Positions 23,236 to 36,082 of a stretch of DNA of 64,000 nucleotides are shown here, piece by piece. A model generated the notes under the pieces. That model did not search any database, was not told the DNA's origin, and saw nothing but the letters and a program-made list of their open reading frames with translations. The DNA lies in the NCBI RefSeq assembly GCF_039654945.1, contig NW_027361808.1:20336001-20400000 (forward strand), written 5' to 3'. The DNA comes from Dendrobates tinctorius (taxonomy: Eukaryota). Each line of letters opens with the position of its first letter. Positions within the stretch are counted from its first letter, which is position 1. A program made the position numbers and the translations under genes.

Positions 23236-25270
23236 TTTGTCCTCCCTATATATGCCAGTTCAACTGCATTGATATTCTGCCTAGTTAGTGTACATTAATC
23301 TGCCTAATCACAACCTCTTTGTTACTAGCTCCATTCTATATTGTTCCCTGCATGAATAAACACGCCCCCATGTGTTTCTATTTACTCCTAATAGACTCCC
23401 TGGCGCCCAGCGCTGACTATTCTTAGCTAGTTTCCATAGCAGCAGCTTCCCCTAGACGTCATAGACATGCTCAGTAGCCCCACAGCCAGCATAACACAGC
23501 ACTTCCGGTTTTAGTGCTACACTTCCAGTCCTGGGCACTCTCATGGCTTAAATAGTGGGACTTTCTCCACAGATGCACACTGCTATAGCCAGATGGGGGA
23601 GCGCCGCTCTGCCATACAGTAGGATGGCAATGTGCTTTCGAGCTTGCAATGTGTTACCATCTTTTCAGTTAGCCATTAAAAGGTATCAACCACTGAGGAC
23701 TCTCAATTCTGAATATTTTTTTAAGATATTGAAGAATTCTATTAATTGCATTCCAGTCTCTTTGGCGTGGCTTGCTTGTGGGAAGAATTCCGACTGTGGC
23801 TGTGATATCCGGATGAGTTGTGGTTGCTAGGTACAGAAGCGCCCCCACTGCTTGTCTGTGGCTCTTATAACTGGGTAGCAGATCTTCTTCTCCTTCCAAC
23901 CTTATGTAGGACGGATTCATTGGAGTTGATGCACCTTTGACTTCTGACATTCCAAACTGGTTTAGGATTGCGGAAATTTTAGAACTTTGGTTGAGAAGAA
24001 AACTCCCATCTTCCTCTCTCTGGATTTGGTTTCCGAAATAATATGTCACATTTCCAAGTTCCTTAGTCTGAAAGTGTTGTTTGAGAATTTCACCTAGCTT
24101 TGCAATTTCTCTTTCCTCGTGGTAGCTCAGTAAGCTCCCATGTCTGGAGTTGGTGAAGGGACTCCATCTCTTCATTAGCAGCATTTATCCACTTCTGTTT
24201 CTCGTGAACAGGCAGTTTTTGCATCTCTTGCCATAACTGTGGCTCTGGTTCAGGAAGTGTTCTGAACAAGAAAGGAGTCTAGCTGGGATACCTTTGTTTG
24301 GCTTTTCTGATCTACTGACTGGAGGTTGACTTGGTTCTACTGTGTCTTCCTTGGTGGCTTCAGAGCTTAGCCACACTTCAGTGTTTTCCTTTTCGGCATC
24401 TGGGTTTGATGATTGAGAGTCTTGTTCTTGCTTCTTAGGTTGAATAACTGGTGTAACTTCATGGAATTTGAGCGATACAGAGTTTTCATCAATCACTACA
24501 TCTCTGCTGATTGTTACTGTGTTGGTCTCTGGGTGCAGGATTCTGTATCCCTTTTGAGTTTCGCTATAGCCCACCAGGACTCCTTGCTTTGCATGTGATT
24601 CCCAAATGGAACATTTTTCTTTGGGAACATACATAAACGTTTTGCTTCCAAATATCTTGAGGTGATTCAGGTTAGGCTTCTGGCAGTTCCATAGCTCATA
24701 TGGAGTTTTATTTGTGACTTTACCTGGCACTCTGTTTTGAAGATAGCAAGCTGTCATGATGGCTTCTCCCCAATACGTTGTAGCTGAATTTGCATCAAAC
24801 AACATACTTCTTCCACTTTCACAGAGAATAAGGTTCTTTTTCTCTGCAATGACATTTTGGTCTGGGTTCTATGGATTGGTAGTCTGGAACATGATTCCAT
24901 CCTTTTTTAAAATGGTTTGCACCTTACCACTTGTATATTCAGTTCCATTATCTGCTGGCAGGGCTTTTGGCATTCTTCCAAATTTGTTAAACACTACAGC
25001 AAGATATTCTTCAAGTTTCTGTGGAACTTCATCCTTGCTGTGTAGGCGACTGCACAAGCTCTGGCAAAAATTAAGAGACCACCACATCAAAACCCTGTCA
25101 TGGGCAGCCCATTCTCCAGACCTTAACCCCAGTGAAAACCTCTGGAATGTAATCAAGAGGATGATGGATAGTCACAAGCCATCAACCAAAGAACTGCTTA
25201 CATTTTTGCGCCAGAAGCAGTGTGAAAGATTGGTGGTAAGCATGCCAAGACGCATGAAAGCTCTTTTTAA

Positions 25271-27698
25271 CCGCTTCCCGACCGCCCACAGTAGATAAAC
25301 GTTGGCGCTTGCTGGGCTTTGTGCAGCGCCGACGTTTATCTACTGTCGGCGGTTTTGTGCCCCCCGGGACCCCCACATACCTTATAACGCGGGGATCCCA
25401 GTGCACAATGCATGCTGGGACCCCCGACGTCATCGAGACCTGATTGGTTCAGGTCCTGATGACGTCAGCATCACAGCAGCCAATGGGAGCGATCGCTGGG
25501 AAAGCTGCTTGTTTCCCGGCGATCTCCCTCATTGTAACGCGGCTTCTCCCTCTGATCTCACTGACAGATGATCAGAGGTGAAGCAGCGCTACTGTGTGAC
25601 TAGATCGCTGCCTGGCACAGCTGTGCCAGGCAGCGATCTTGTCACACAGTAACGCTGCTTCACCTCTGATCATCTGTCATTGTGAGATCAGAGGAGAAGT
25701 GGCGTTACTGTGTGACAGGCAGCGATCTAGTCACATAGTAACGCTGCTTCTCCTCTGATCATCTGTTAGTGTGAGATCAGAGGAGAAGTGGCGTTACTAT
25801 GAGTCAGATCGCAGCACAGCGATCTTGTCACAAAAATAAAAAAAAGTAAAGAAAAAAAAGTAAAAAGCAGGTACACAGGTTAGGGCTAGGGCTAGGGCAA
25901 GGGCTAGGGTTAGGGTTAGGGCTAGGGTTAGGGTTAGGGTTATGGGTGTGTTGGTGTTAGGTTTGTGGTTAGGGTTATGGTTAGGGCTGAGATTAGGGTT
26001 AGGGGTGTGATGGGGTTAGGGTTGGAATTAGAATTGGGGGTTTCCACTGTTTAGGTACATCAGGGGCTCTGTAAATGCAATATGACGCCCGCAGACCATT
26101 CCATCAAAGTCTGCATTTCAGAACGTCACTACTTCCCTTCCGAGCCCCACTGTGAGCCCAAACAGTAGTTTTCTCCCACATATGGGGTACCAGCGTACTC
26201 AGGACAAATTGGACAACAACTCTTAGGGTCTAATTTCTCCTGTTACCCTTGTGAAAATAAAAATTGGGGGCTAAAAGTTCATTTTTGTGGAAAAAAAATG
26301 ATTTTTTTATTTTCACGCCTCTACATTATAAACTTTACTGAAACACTTGGGGGTTCAAAGTGCTCACCACACATCTAGATAAGTTCCTTGGGGGGTCTAG
26401 TTTCCAAAATGGGGTCACTTGTGGGAGATTTCCACTGTTTAGGTACATCAGGGGCTCTGCAAACACACATGACACCCGCAGACCATTCCATCAAAGTCTG
26501 CATTTCAGAACGTCACTACTTCCCTTCCGAGCCCCGACGTGTGCCCATACAGTAGATTTCTTCCACATATGGGGTATCAGCATACTCAGGAGAAATTGGA
26601 CAACAACTTTTGGGGTCCAATTTCTCCTGTTACCCTTGTGAAAATAAAAATTGGGGGCTAAATGATCATTTTGTGGAAAAAAAAATGATTTTTTATTTTC
26701 ATGGCTCTACGTTATAAACTTCTGTGAAGCACTTGGGGGTTCAAAGTGTTCACAACACATCTAGATAAGTTCCTTGGGGGGGTCTAGTTTCCAAAATGGG
26801 GTCACTTGTGGGGGTTTCCACTGTTTAGGTACATCAGGGGCTCTCCAAATGCAACATGGTATCCGATCTCAATTCCTGCCAATTCTGCATTGAAAAAGTC
26901 AAACAGCGCTCCTTCCGTTCTGAGCTCTGCCATGTGCTCAAACAGTGGTTTAGCCCCACATACGGGGTATCTGCGTATTCGGGAGAAATTGCACAAAAAA
27001 TTTTGTGGTTCATTTTCTCTTTTTACACTTGTGAAAATAAAAAAAAAATGGTTTTGAAGTAAAATGTTTGTGAAAAAAAGGTAAATGTTTATTTTTTCCT
27101 TCCATATTCCATTCATTCATGTGAAGCACCTGAAGGGTTAATAAACTTCTTGAATGTGGTTTTGAGTACATTGAGAGGTGCAGTTTTTAGAATGGTGTCA
27201 CTTTTGGGTATTTTTTGTTATATTGACCCCCCAAACTCACTTCAAATGTGAGGTGGTCCCTAAAAAAAAAATGGTGTTGCAAATTTTGTTGTAAAAATGA
27301 GAAATCGCTGGTCAACTTTTAACCCTTATAACTTCCTAAAAAAAAAAAATTATGTTTCCAAAATTGTGCAGATGTAAAGTAGACATGTGGGAAATGTTAT
27401 TTATTAACTATTTTGTGTGATATCACTCTCTGATTTAAGGGCATAAAAATTAAAAGTTTGAAAATTGCAAAATTTTCTAAATTTTCGCCAAATTTTGATT
27501 TTTTTAACAAATAAGCGCAGCTCATATCTAAAAATTTTTACCACCATCATGAAGTACAATATGTCATGAGAAAACAATGTCAGAATCAGTAGGATCCGTT
27601 GAAGCGTTCTAGAGTTATGACCTCATAAAGTGACACTGGTCAGAATTGAAAAAATTGGCCCGGTCACGAAGGCAAAAACAGGCTCGGGTGTGAAGGGG
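25271..27698. mobile_element. piggyBac-type non-autonomous element nested in the Tc1 derivative
   Basis: TTAA|CCGCTTC...GAAGGGG|TTAA; internal ~390-bp tandem units from about 26036; TTAGGG-like tract. Confidence 0.88.
25878..26035 (+). repeat. Interstitial telomere-like (TTAGGG/CTAGGG)n tract
   Basis: About 10 near-perfect hexamers, then degenerate copies. Confidence 0.9.
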
Positions 27699-28955
27699 TT
27701 AAAAATCATAGCTATTCCACAAAATATTGATTTCAGAACTCTTTCTGAGTTAAATTAGTATTGTGGTTTCTAAATGATTATGAACTTGGGTGTTTTTGCA
27801 TTATTTGAGGTCTGAAAGCACTTGTTTTTTTTTGTTTTTTTTTTAATTTTGACCATTTTTCTTTGTCAGAAAAAAAATGCAAAATGTATTGCTTGGAACT
27901 TCGGAGACATGTTGTCAGATGTTTATAGCCTAAAAGAACAATTTACATTTTACTCAAAAATATGCCTATAAAGAGAAAAATCAGACAAACTGAACATTTG
28001 AAAGTGGTCTCTTAATTTTTGCCAGAGCTGTATATCTGGAGTAGTCATCAATAAATGTGAGAAAATATCTCTTCTTGGAGTTTGAACACTCATTGAACCA
28101 CATACATCTGTATGTATCAGATCCAGAGGCTGTGCAGATCTAGTGATGATTATTTTAGGAAAGGATTTTCTGGACATTTTTCCTTTAAGACAGCTAGTGC
28201 ACTTCATAATTTGACAACAGTGGTTGATTTCAATACCATTTGCAAGTTGAGCTAGCTTCTTTACGGCTTCTGGGTCTCTGTCCAAGGCATCTGTGCCATA
28301 CATGGAAACAGTTCTTATGTAGATCTTGTCTAGCACTCTACACTCTCTTTGCATAATAACTGATAAAGTTCATCTTGGATTTATCCTTCTGCAACAGTGT
28401 GACCCTTCTTTGAGATGATGCAGGTGTGGAGGTAGCCGTCTCCTACTCCTTCTGAAGTCATATAGTGACCATTAGCCAAGATGCCCTTTTCTGACTTGCT
28501 TTCATTAAGGTCAGTGAAGAAATCCTTGTTATTTGTCATATGGCTGCTTGCACCAGAATCTATACACCATACATGCTTTGCAGATAGGCCTGAACTGGCA
28601 TTAAATGCAGCTGCAACACATGCAGAATCTTCCTTTATAGCTGTTTTACCCCTTTGATGACTATTCTGGTTTTTAAACTGACTCATTCTTGCTTTCCAAA
28701 TTCTGCAGTCTACCTTAAGTCTATCAGGCTGTTTACAGACAAAACACTCACAAGTTTCTCTTATATTGCTCTTATATTTAGGGAAATCCTGTGTCTTTAA
28801 TGCTGTTTCTGCTCTGGATTCATTACTGCTGCTTACATGCTGCGTTTTTCTCTTGAATTCATCCACAAGTTTGCCTTTAACTGCATACTCTACTGTCAGC
28901 TCATCATCTGGCCGTACATCTAGTGCACTCACGAGTGTGTCATAACTCTCTGTAA

Positions 28956-29482
28956 GGCCTCTTTCACACATCAGTTTTTTGCCTTCAGGCGCGATCCGGC
29001 TTTTTTTTGTAAAACCGGATCCGTCAAAATGCAATGCCGGATCCAGTTTTTCCCCATTGACTTGCATTAGCGCCGGATCGTGCCGGATGGCATTGCGTTT
29101 CATCCGTTTTTTGCCGGATCCGGCAACTTGTCTCATTCCGGCGTCTGGAAAAAACGGCTACTGTAACGTTTTTTGTCTCCGGCGAAAAAGCCGGAAGCGC
29201 CGGATCCGGCGCTTCCAGCTTTTTGCTACAATGAAAGTCTATGGGCGCCGGAATGCGCCGGATCCAGAAAAAGACGGATCCAGCCACCGGATCCGTTTTT
29301 TTTAAGTCTGCGCATGCTCAGATCCAATTGGCCAGCCCCCAGGAACAGATATAACCTGCTAGACGGATCCAGCAAAAAAACGGATCCGTTTCTACAGTTC
29401 TCCAAAATTTATGCCGGATCCGTTTTTTCTAAAAATAGCCGGATCCTGCCTGACGGCAAAAAACTGATGTGTGAAAGTAGCC
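28956..29482. mobile_element. PIF/Harbinger-type MITE in Copia gag
   Basis: GGCCTCTTTCACACATCAGTTTTT / AAAAACTGATGTGTGAAAGTAGCC with TAA TSD; removing it rejoins LLLRSL-TESYDTLV. Confidence 0.92.
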
Positions 29483-30461
29483 TAAGACTTCTTAACAGAA
29501 GTGCATCAACATGAAAATCTTTAATTTCTTCTCCAATACCCCTGAGACGCTCCACAATCTCTAGGGTGTTTCTTATATAGTCCTGTATATTCTGTCTATC
29601 ACTTAGCTTAGACTGATACAGCTTTCTCATTAGATAAAGCTTATTGCTGAGATTTGATCTTTCATGCACTTTCTGTAACTCATCCCACATCTCCTTTGCA
29701 GTTGCACACTTGCATATATGCACAATCTGATTATCATCTACACTGAGGGAGATTGTGCTTTGTGCTTTCTGATCCTTCGCTAGCCAATCATCTGGTACTG
29801 GATGAGGCACTTGTTCCTGAGTATATTTCCATGTACCTTGTATTATGAGCAGCATCTTCACCTTGAATTTCCAGGACTGATAGTTCTGGATATTGAGGCT
29901 TGGCTCTGAGAACTTGACAGGACTGCTGCTAGTGGACATCTTCTATGTTGCTCTGTGCTGCTTTTGCTTTGGGCTTCTGTTGCTGTGTTACTCTGGAGTT
30001 CTGTGTCACTCTTGGCCCATAGCCTGTAGGCAACAGATTATTCAGGATACTCTCCAAGTGTGTGACAACAGAGCATCTTTATTCAGGAAAAACAGGAACA
30101 ATAAATGATAAGTTTAATAGATTAGGAATAAATCATTTGTGTGTCTATCTGTGCATCATCTACAGCAGGCTGCTTCTCTCATACACAGACACAGGAAAAC
30201 AAGAAATACATCCCTATCAGGCTATCCCTGTGTGAGCCTCTGGGAGTTTTTTCTTTGCTCTATCTTTAGAAACAGCATAATCTAGCAGCTAAATACTCAG
30301 ACAGGAATGGAGTTGTTGCACCAAACATATTCCAACAGCATTACAGACAGGAGCAAGAGCTGCCTAATATTTTCATGCCCTAGTCTGGTCCGTAAATCAG
30401 GTCAGGCTAGTATATGCTGCTTTTTTTTTTTTTTTAAATAGACCCAAGATCCGTGCACTTG

Positions 30462-31524
30462 TGTAAGGCGTTTGGTTTCACCCTCTGCACAGAAGGAATC
30501 CTGAGCCTTGCCTTCTGCGGTCTCCCATTCAGTCCCGGCCGCAGAGGAGACTGCACAGCAAAGACGTCGTTCCCGGCATCTTGCTCAAGCTAGTGCTGTC
30601 GGGTTGGTTGCTGCTGCCATCCCTGGTTCAGCTATAGCAGCCTGCACTAGCCAGCGGCAAGCAGCTCCTGGGATTAAATCCCTCTTTCGCTCCACTGAGC
30701 ATGCTCATGGCTCAGCCTCTCATTGGAGTTCAGGGGTCACATGCTCAGATCCTGTGCCTGTTCTGATTGGACCATCAGGAAGATCCCGGAAGGACTCTGC
30801 TATAAAAGGTTTGCATGTCCGCTCGGCCATGCGCTAGTATAGACTCTTATGGCTAAGTATGTGTGTGATGATGGATTCCTGTGACAGGTGACTGACTCAT
30901 TATGACTCCCTCCCTTGGTTGTGCATGAGATAGGGTTTGTAGAGTCAGAGTTAGCGCCGAGTTGTGGCACTGCCTAGCGCTGCAGTGCTCCCAACTCCTC
31001 ACACATGCTAGAGCCAGAGTGTGCCATTCAGCAAAAGGCACCACGTTACTACATATACGGCGGCGTCCGTCAGAGCAGTGCTGTGCGCAGATAGTGCGCT
31101 TTCCAGCTCTAAGCCAGGCTGCTTAGTGGCGTCCACTAGTGCAGCGCTGCATGCTCCAGTAGCGGTTTACTTTAGTTACATTCTCCTGGCATTGCAGTTG
31201 CGGTGTCACACGCTAGTGAGTCAAGAGAGACTCTAACCCTGTGTCCTTGGGGCAGATTCCTGAGACTCTACACTAGCGCTCCCTTTGCCGGGCTCTGTGA
31301 GTGATAACTGGCTCCGGCATTTATGTTCTGCGGTTCAGTGCTGCAACTGAATCCGCTCCTGTACCCACCGGGTGACCTTAACCCATCTGAGTTCAGCTAT
31401 CATATTACCCTACAGCGTCCGCCATTACCGAGCAGCAGGTAACATCTCTGCACGGTGGACCCCGGCTGCGAACACACCTGGATACCATCTTATTATTACT
31501 TGGTGCGGTCCGCTAGCCCTAACA
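30462..31524 (+). mobile_element. Solo LTR (1063 bp)
   Basis: TGTAAGG...CCTAACA; 5-bp TSD ACTTG; ATTGG at about 30766 and TATAAAA at 30801. Confidence 0.9.
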
Positions 31525-31815
31525 ACTTGTGCCCTAAAACAAAGGCTTAGAGCTCCTCACAAGACCACGCTGTTTTCTTCTCCCTAAAACAAAGGCTGAC
31601 ACTGGTCCATGTGTTATTGGTTGTAAGCATGGACTGAAAATACACATGTGTAAAACTTAGCGCAAGTGCATAAAAAAAATCATCCAACTTTCATTCAGAA
31701 AACTAATTTTTTTCTAATTTGTCTTTTGTGTGTAATCTGTGTACAATCTGTTCTTTTTTTTATACAGCAGCAGTTATTAAAAATGTAAAAGACTAAACAC
31801 AGTTTCCGATGTTAA

Positions 31816-33845
31816 CCCCTTTACCCCCAAGGATGGTTTGCACGTTCATGACCGGGCCAATTTTTACAATTCTGACCACTGTCCCTTTATGAGGTAATAA
31901 CTCTGAAACGCTTCCATGGATCCCACTGATTCTGACATTATTTTCTCATGACATATTGTACTTCATGTTAGTGGTACAATTTCATTCAAATAACCTGCGT
32001 TTATTTGTGAAAAAAACAGAAATTTGGTGAAAATTTTGAAAATTTAGCAATTTTCCAACTTTGAATTTTTATGCCCTTAAATCACAGAGATATGGCACAC
32101 AAATAACTTAAGTAACATTTCACATATTTTTCCATTGCATCAGCACAATTTTGGAACCAAAATTTTTTTTGTTAGGAAGCTATAAGGGTTAAAAGTTGAC
32201 CAGCGATTTCTCATTTTTGCAACACCATTTTATTTTTATGGACCACATCACATTTGAAGTCACTTTGAGGGGTCTATATGATAGAAAATACCCAAAAGTG
32301 ACACCATTCTAAAAACTGCACCCCTCAGGGTGCTCAAAACCATATTCAAGAAGTTTATTAACCCTTCAGGTGCTTCACTGGAATTTTTTAAATGTTTAAA
32401 AAAAATGAACATTTAACTTTTTTTCACAAAAAAATTACTTCAGGTCCATTTTTTTTTTTTTACCAAGGGTAACAGGAGAAATTGGACTGGAAATGTTATT
32501 GTGCAATTTGTCTTGAGTACGCTGATACCTGATATGTGGGGGGAACCACTGTTTCGGTGCATGGCAGAGCTCAGAAGGGAAGGAGCGCCGTTTGACTTTT
32601 CCAATGCAAAATTGGCTGGAATTCAGATCGGACGCCATGTCACGTTTGGAGAGCACCTGATGTGCCTAAACAGTGGAAACCCCCCACAAATGACACCATT
32701 TTGGAAAATAGACCCCCCAAGGAACTTATCTAGATGTGTGGTGAGCACTTTGAACCCCCAAGGGCTTCACAGAAGTTTATAACGCCCGGGCGTGAAAATA
32801 AAAAAAATCATATTTTTTCCACAAACACAAACACCCCTAAGCCTAGCCCTAACCCTAATGGGAAAATGGAAATAAATACATTTTTTTAATTTTATTATTT
32901 TTCCCTAACTAAGGGGGTGATAACGGGGGGTTTGATTTACGATTTATAGCGGATTTTTATGTTTGGCAGCTGTCACACGCTAAAAGACGCTTTTTATTGT
33001 AAAAATAGTTTTTGCATCACCACATTTTGAGAGCTATAATTTTTCCATATTTTGACCCACCAAGTCATGTGAGGTCTTATTTTTTGCGGGACAAGTTGAC
33101 ATTTTTATTGGTACCATTTTCAGGTATGTGACATTTTTTGGTCGCTTTTTATTCTGATTTTTGGGACGCAAAATGAACAAAAACCAGCATTTCAAGAATT
33201 TCTTTTGGGGGGGTGCGTTTACACCGTTCCGCGTGCGGTGAAATTGATAAAGCGGTTTTATTTTTCAGGTCAGTACGATTACAGTGATAACTCATGTATG
33301 TCTTTTTTTATGTTTTGGCGCTTTTATGCAATGAAAACAATTTTATATAAAAAATAATTATTTTTGCATCGCTTTATTCTGCGAGCTATAACTTTTTTAT
33401 TTTTCACTGATGATGCTGTGTTGTGGCTTGTTTTTTACGGGACAAGATGACTTTTTCAGCGGTACCATGGATATTTATATCCGTCTTTCTGAACACGTGT
33501 TATTGCACTTTTTGTTCGGCGGTATGATAGTAAAGCATTATTTTTTGCTTTGTTTTTTTTATTTTTATTTTTTAAGGGGTTCACTAAAGGGGATAACTAA
33601 TGGGACAGTTTTATATGGCGGGTCGTTATGGACGTGGCGATACTAAATATGTGAACTTTTATTGTTTTGGTTTTTTATTTCAAAAAATGAATTTATTAGG
33701 GAATATAGGGAATATTTTTTTTTTTAATTTATTTAGCGATTTTTTTATAAATTATTTTTACACTTTTTTTTTTTTTATAACTTTATTATACTGTCCCGGG
33801 GGGAAATCACTGTCATGTGTGAGATCGCTGGAGCAGTGGTTGCAC
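31816..33845. mobile_element. piggyBac-type non-autonomous element, right-truncated
   Basis: TTAA|CCCCTTT; 31816-32820 is the reverse complement of about 26640-27698; CCCTAA relic at about 32835-32858; the rest matches 7165-7915. Confidence 0.8.
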
Positions 33846-34763
33846 ATTCTTAAGTGAGATATAAGCCCCCAGTTATGGGGCAACTGCTTTAACTAAATTC
33901 CTATAGCATTCAGGGCCATTCTTTGGGGGTTTCATGGTTAAAACAGCATTCATGTACTATTTTAGCATTGCATATAAATATCACCATGGCTTTTATAGTG
34001 ATTTTGCTATAATATTATTTACGGTAGTGGAGAAATGTAGGAAGTAGAATCTGATTAATTCATACAACAGTTCTGCAACGTCACCAGACCAAATGCCAAG
34101 ATCGGATTGAATAGAACAACACTGCTGACATTTCAGGGTGGAAGCCACTGAGCAAAAACAATGCTTAATGCCAAAATAATGAGACTGGAGCAGTCACCGT
34201 AGCATAGGAGGCACTAGAATCACATATTCCCGGAATGCAGAGACAATGCCTTTTAAAGCACTACGTGCAAAGCTAGAAGGAGAATTCAACAGAAAATCTA
34301 TCCTCCATGTAACTCATTTTCATGTATGCCTGTAAGGCTGTCATGTTCAGATCAGGAGACCCACGGCCTATATGTGCATGGCGTTCCATACTCTGACCGG
34401 GAGACACAGAATTCTGAATGACACCTAAATGGAGCCAAAATTATTAGAAGTCGCACCCCTCTTAACAAATTTGGCACATCTTTAGGCTATTCTCAAGCTA
34501 CAACAACGCTGTAACCTGGCACAGATTTGCATAGCTTTTTATCATTTTTAGAATAAACGACAAAAATATTTTTGTCTAAGGGCTCATTCAGACGCGAGTC
34601 TAAAGGCCTACTTTTTTCAACACTTTTTAAAAGGTCTGAAAAATTTTCGCAAAAATGGTAATCAGCAAAATTTGTAATTCAATTGTGCCAGCCCCGTCCT
34701 CCTCCTTTTCCGACTAATGTATATCTTTGTTCTAAATACATAAATGTATCCATTTAAACTTAA

Positions 34764-35117
34764 AGAGGACTTGTCACCAGGTCAAGAAAGGCAAGTTGTT
34801 GTTTTTTTGTTTGTTTTTTTTTTAAATCTACCATATTTCAGAGACATGAGCCTTTTAATTAAGACCTAACTTTTATGGTCTTGCGCATCCCTCAAGGGGA
34901 CATGACTTTACACTGCTCTGCATTATTACCCTGTGTGCCACGCCACCTTGTAAATACCAAAAAAGTAGCACTAACTAAAAAGGTCCTTATCTCTGGAACT
35001 GTATGGTGAATTTAAAAAAAAACAAAGAAAAAACTAAAAAGGCAGAATAATCAGGGGAGAAACAAGAATAAAATATGAGAAAGAAATGGCCACTTTTAAC
35101 ATGGTGACAGGTCCTCT
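34764..35117. mobile_element. T2/Kolobok-type MITE
   Basis: TTAA|AGAGGACTTGTCACC...GGTGACAGGTCCTCT|TTCA. Confidence 0.75.
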
Positions 35118-35186
35118 TTCAATTTAACCGGTCATGTGCCATGGGCAGCATGAATTGGTGATTTGTCTCTGAATCATAACCATCTA

Positions 35187-36082
35187 TGTTGTGATTAGGT
35201 AACCGAGGAGGATAGCAGGGGAAAAGGCTAGGCAACCAGATAACCAGAGAGGTTGGTAACTTAGCGGATTGCAGACCCCTAAACTGACAACACAACTAGA
35301 ATTAGCCGTGGGACGTACCTACGATACCCTAGACGCCTTGTCACAGCCAAAGAATTAACTAAGCGTAAAGAGAGAAAGAGGAAGGCTAAACTGCCCCAGA
35401 GTAGAACCCCAAAGGAATAGATAGCCCCCGAACATATATTGCCGATGGGACAAGATGAGGCACAAAATACAGGCAGAAAATAGAGTAAGCAAATGATGGG
35501 GCCCAAACTGTCTAGATAGAACAGGACAGGAAAGGATACTGTCTGCAATCATGCAAAAAACCCTAAGAAAAAATCCAACACATCTGATATGCAAAAATAC
35601 TGAGGCCACACCACCTCTCCCCCACTAAATCAGAACTCTGGTGGGAACTGGACACAAAACAAAAGATACGGATATAACAGGGGATTAGAAATACTGAAAA
35701 GGCTGACATGAGCTGTGGCATATGGAAGAGTCCAGCACAGGTCCCAGCAGGGAACAAGGCTGAACTCACACCAGCAAAGCAGAAATCAGAGAAAAGCAAA
35801 AATGGATCAAATGCAAAAACATTCAAGCAGACAAATAACTTATCGGAAAGATGCAGGACAAAGCAGGAGGCAAGCAGACTTCCAAAATGCTCAAGAAGAA
35901 AACCAAATCACTGGCTACAACTGAGTGAAGGTTGCTCACTTAAATCTCTCCAGTCTGTAACATCTGACCTCCAATCATCCTCCTCAGGTGATTGACTTCT
36001 GTCAGCCAGTCCAGCTCCATTACCTGCAGCAACCAGCAGAGGGAGCCCAAACTCAGAAGCCAGGTCAAAAGTGTTCACAACA
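35187..36082 (-). mobile_element. Solo LTR (896 bp)
   Basis: TGTTGTGA...TCACAACA termini; CATCTA on both flanks; related in opposite orientation to 43714-44400. Confidence 0.88.

Larger units (their letters stand above)
20035..23717 (+). mobile_element. Penelope-like element insertion (RT plus GIY-YIG, Neptune-like), decayed and apparently chimeric
   Basis: ~15-bp TSD TTTTTAAGATATTGA (20020-34, 23718-32); IIKPADKG, MDVNSLY, MGSNVAPGYAN, YIDDIF, VVYLIKCPCGLLYVGET; inverted pseudo-LTR (pLTR) piece at 20035-20121. Confidence 0.92.
25055..28030 (+). mobile_element. Internally deleted Tc1 derivative inserted in the Copia integrase
   Basis: TIRs AGCTCTGGCAAAAATTAAGAGACCAC / GTGGTCTCTTAATTTTTGCCAGAGCTG|TA; retains SPDLNPSENLW. 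Confidence 0.9.
19500..29939 (-). pseudogene. Copia gag-pol in pieces (29483-29939, 28031-28955, 23733-25050, 19500-20034)
   Basis: NYQSWKFKVKMLL; CFVCKQPD; WCIDSGASSHM; LIHTDVCG; DNGTEY; YWGEAIMTACYLQNR; VGALLYLATTTHPDI; KHIDVK RNase H motif; part of RT deleted. Confidence 0.92.
19177..30337 (-). mobile_element. Full-length Ty1/Copia LTR retrotransposon, decayed, with nested insertions
   Basis: LTRs 19177-19492 and 30025-30337; 5-bp TSD GCATT; primer-binding site GGCTATGGGCCAAG; polypurine tract AGTTGAGTGGGAA; gag-PR-IN-RT-RH order. Confidence 0.96.

Noticed and set aside
28381-29136. 251-aa ORF as an independent gene
   Set aside because: Fusion of MITE sequence to the Copia gag/protease remnant
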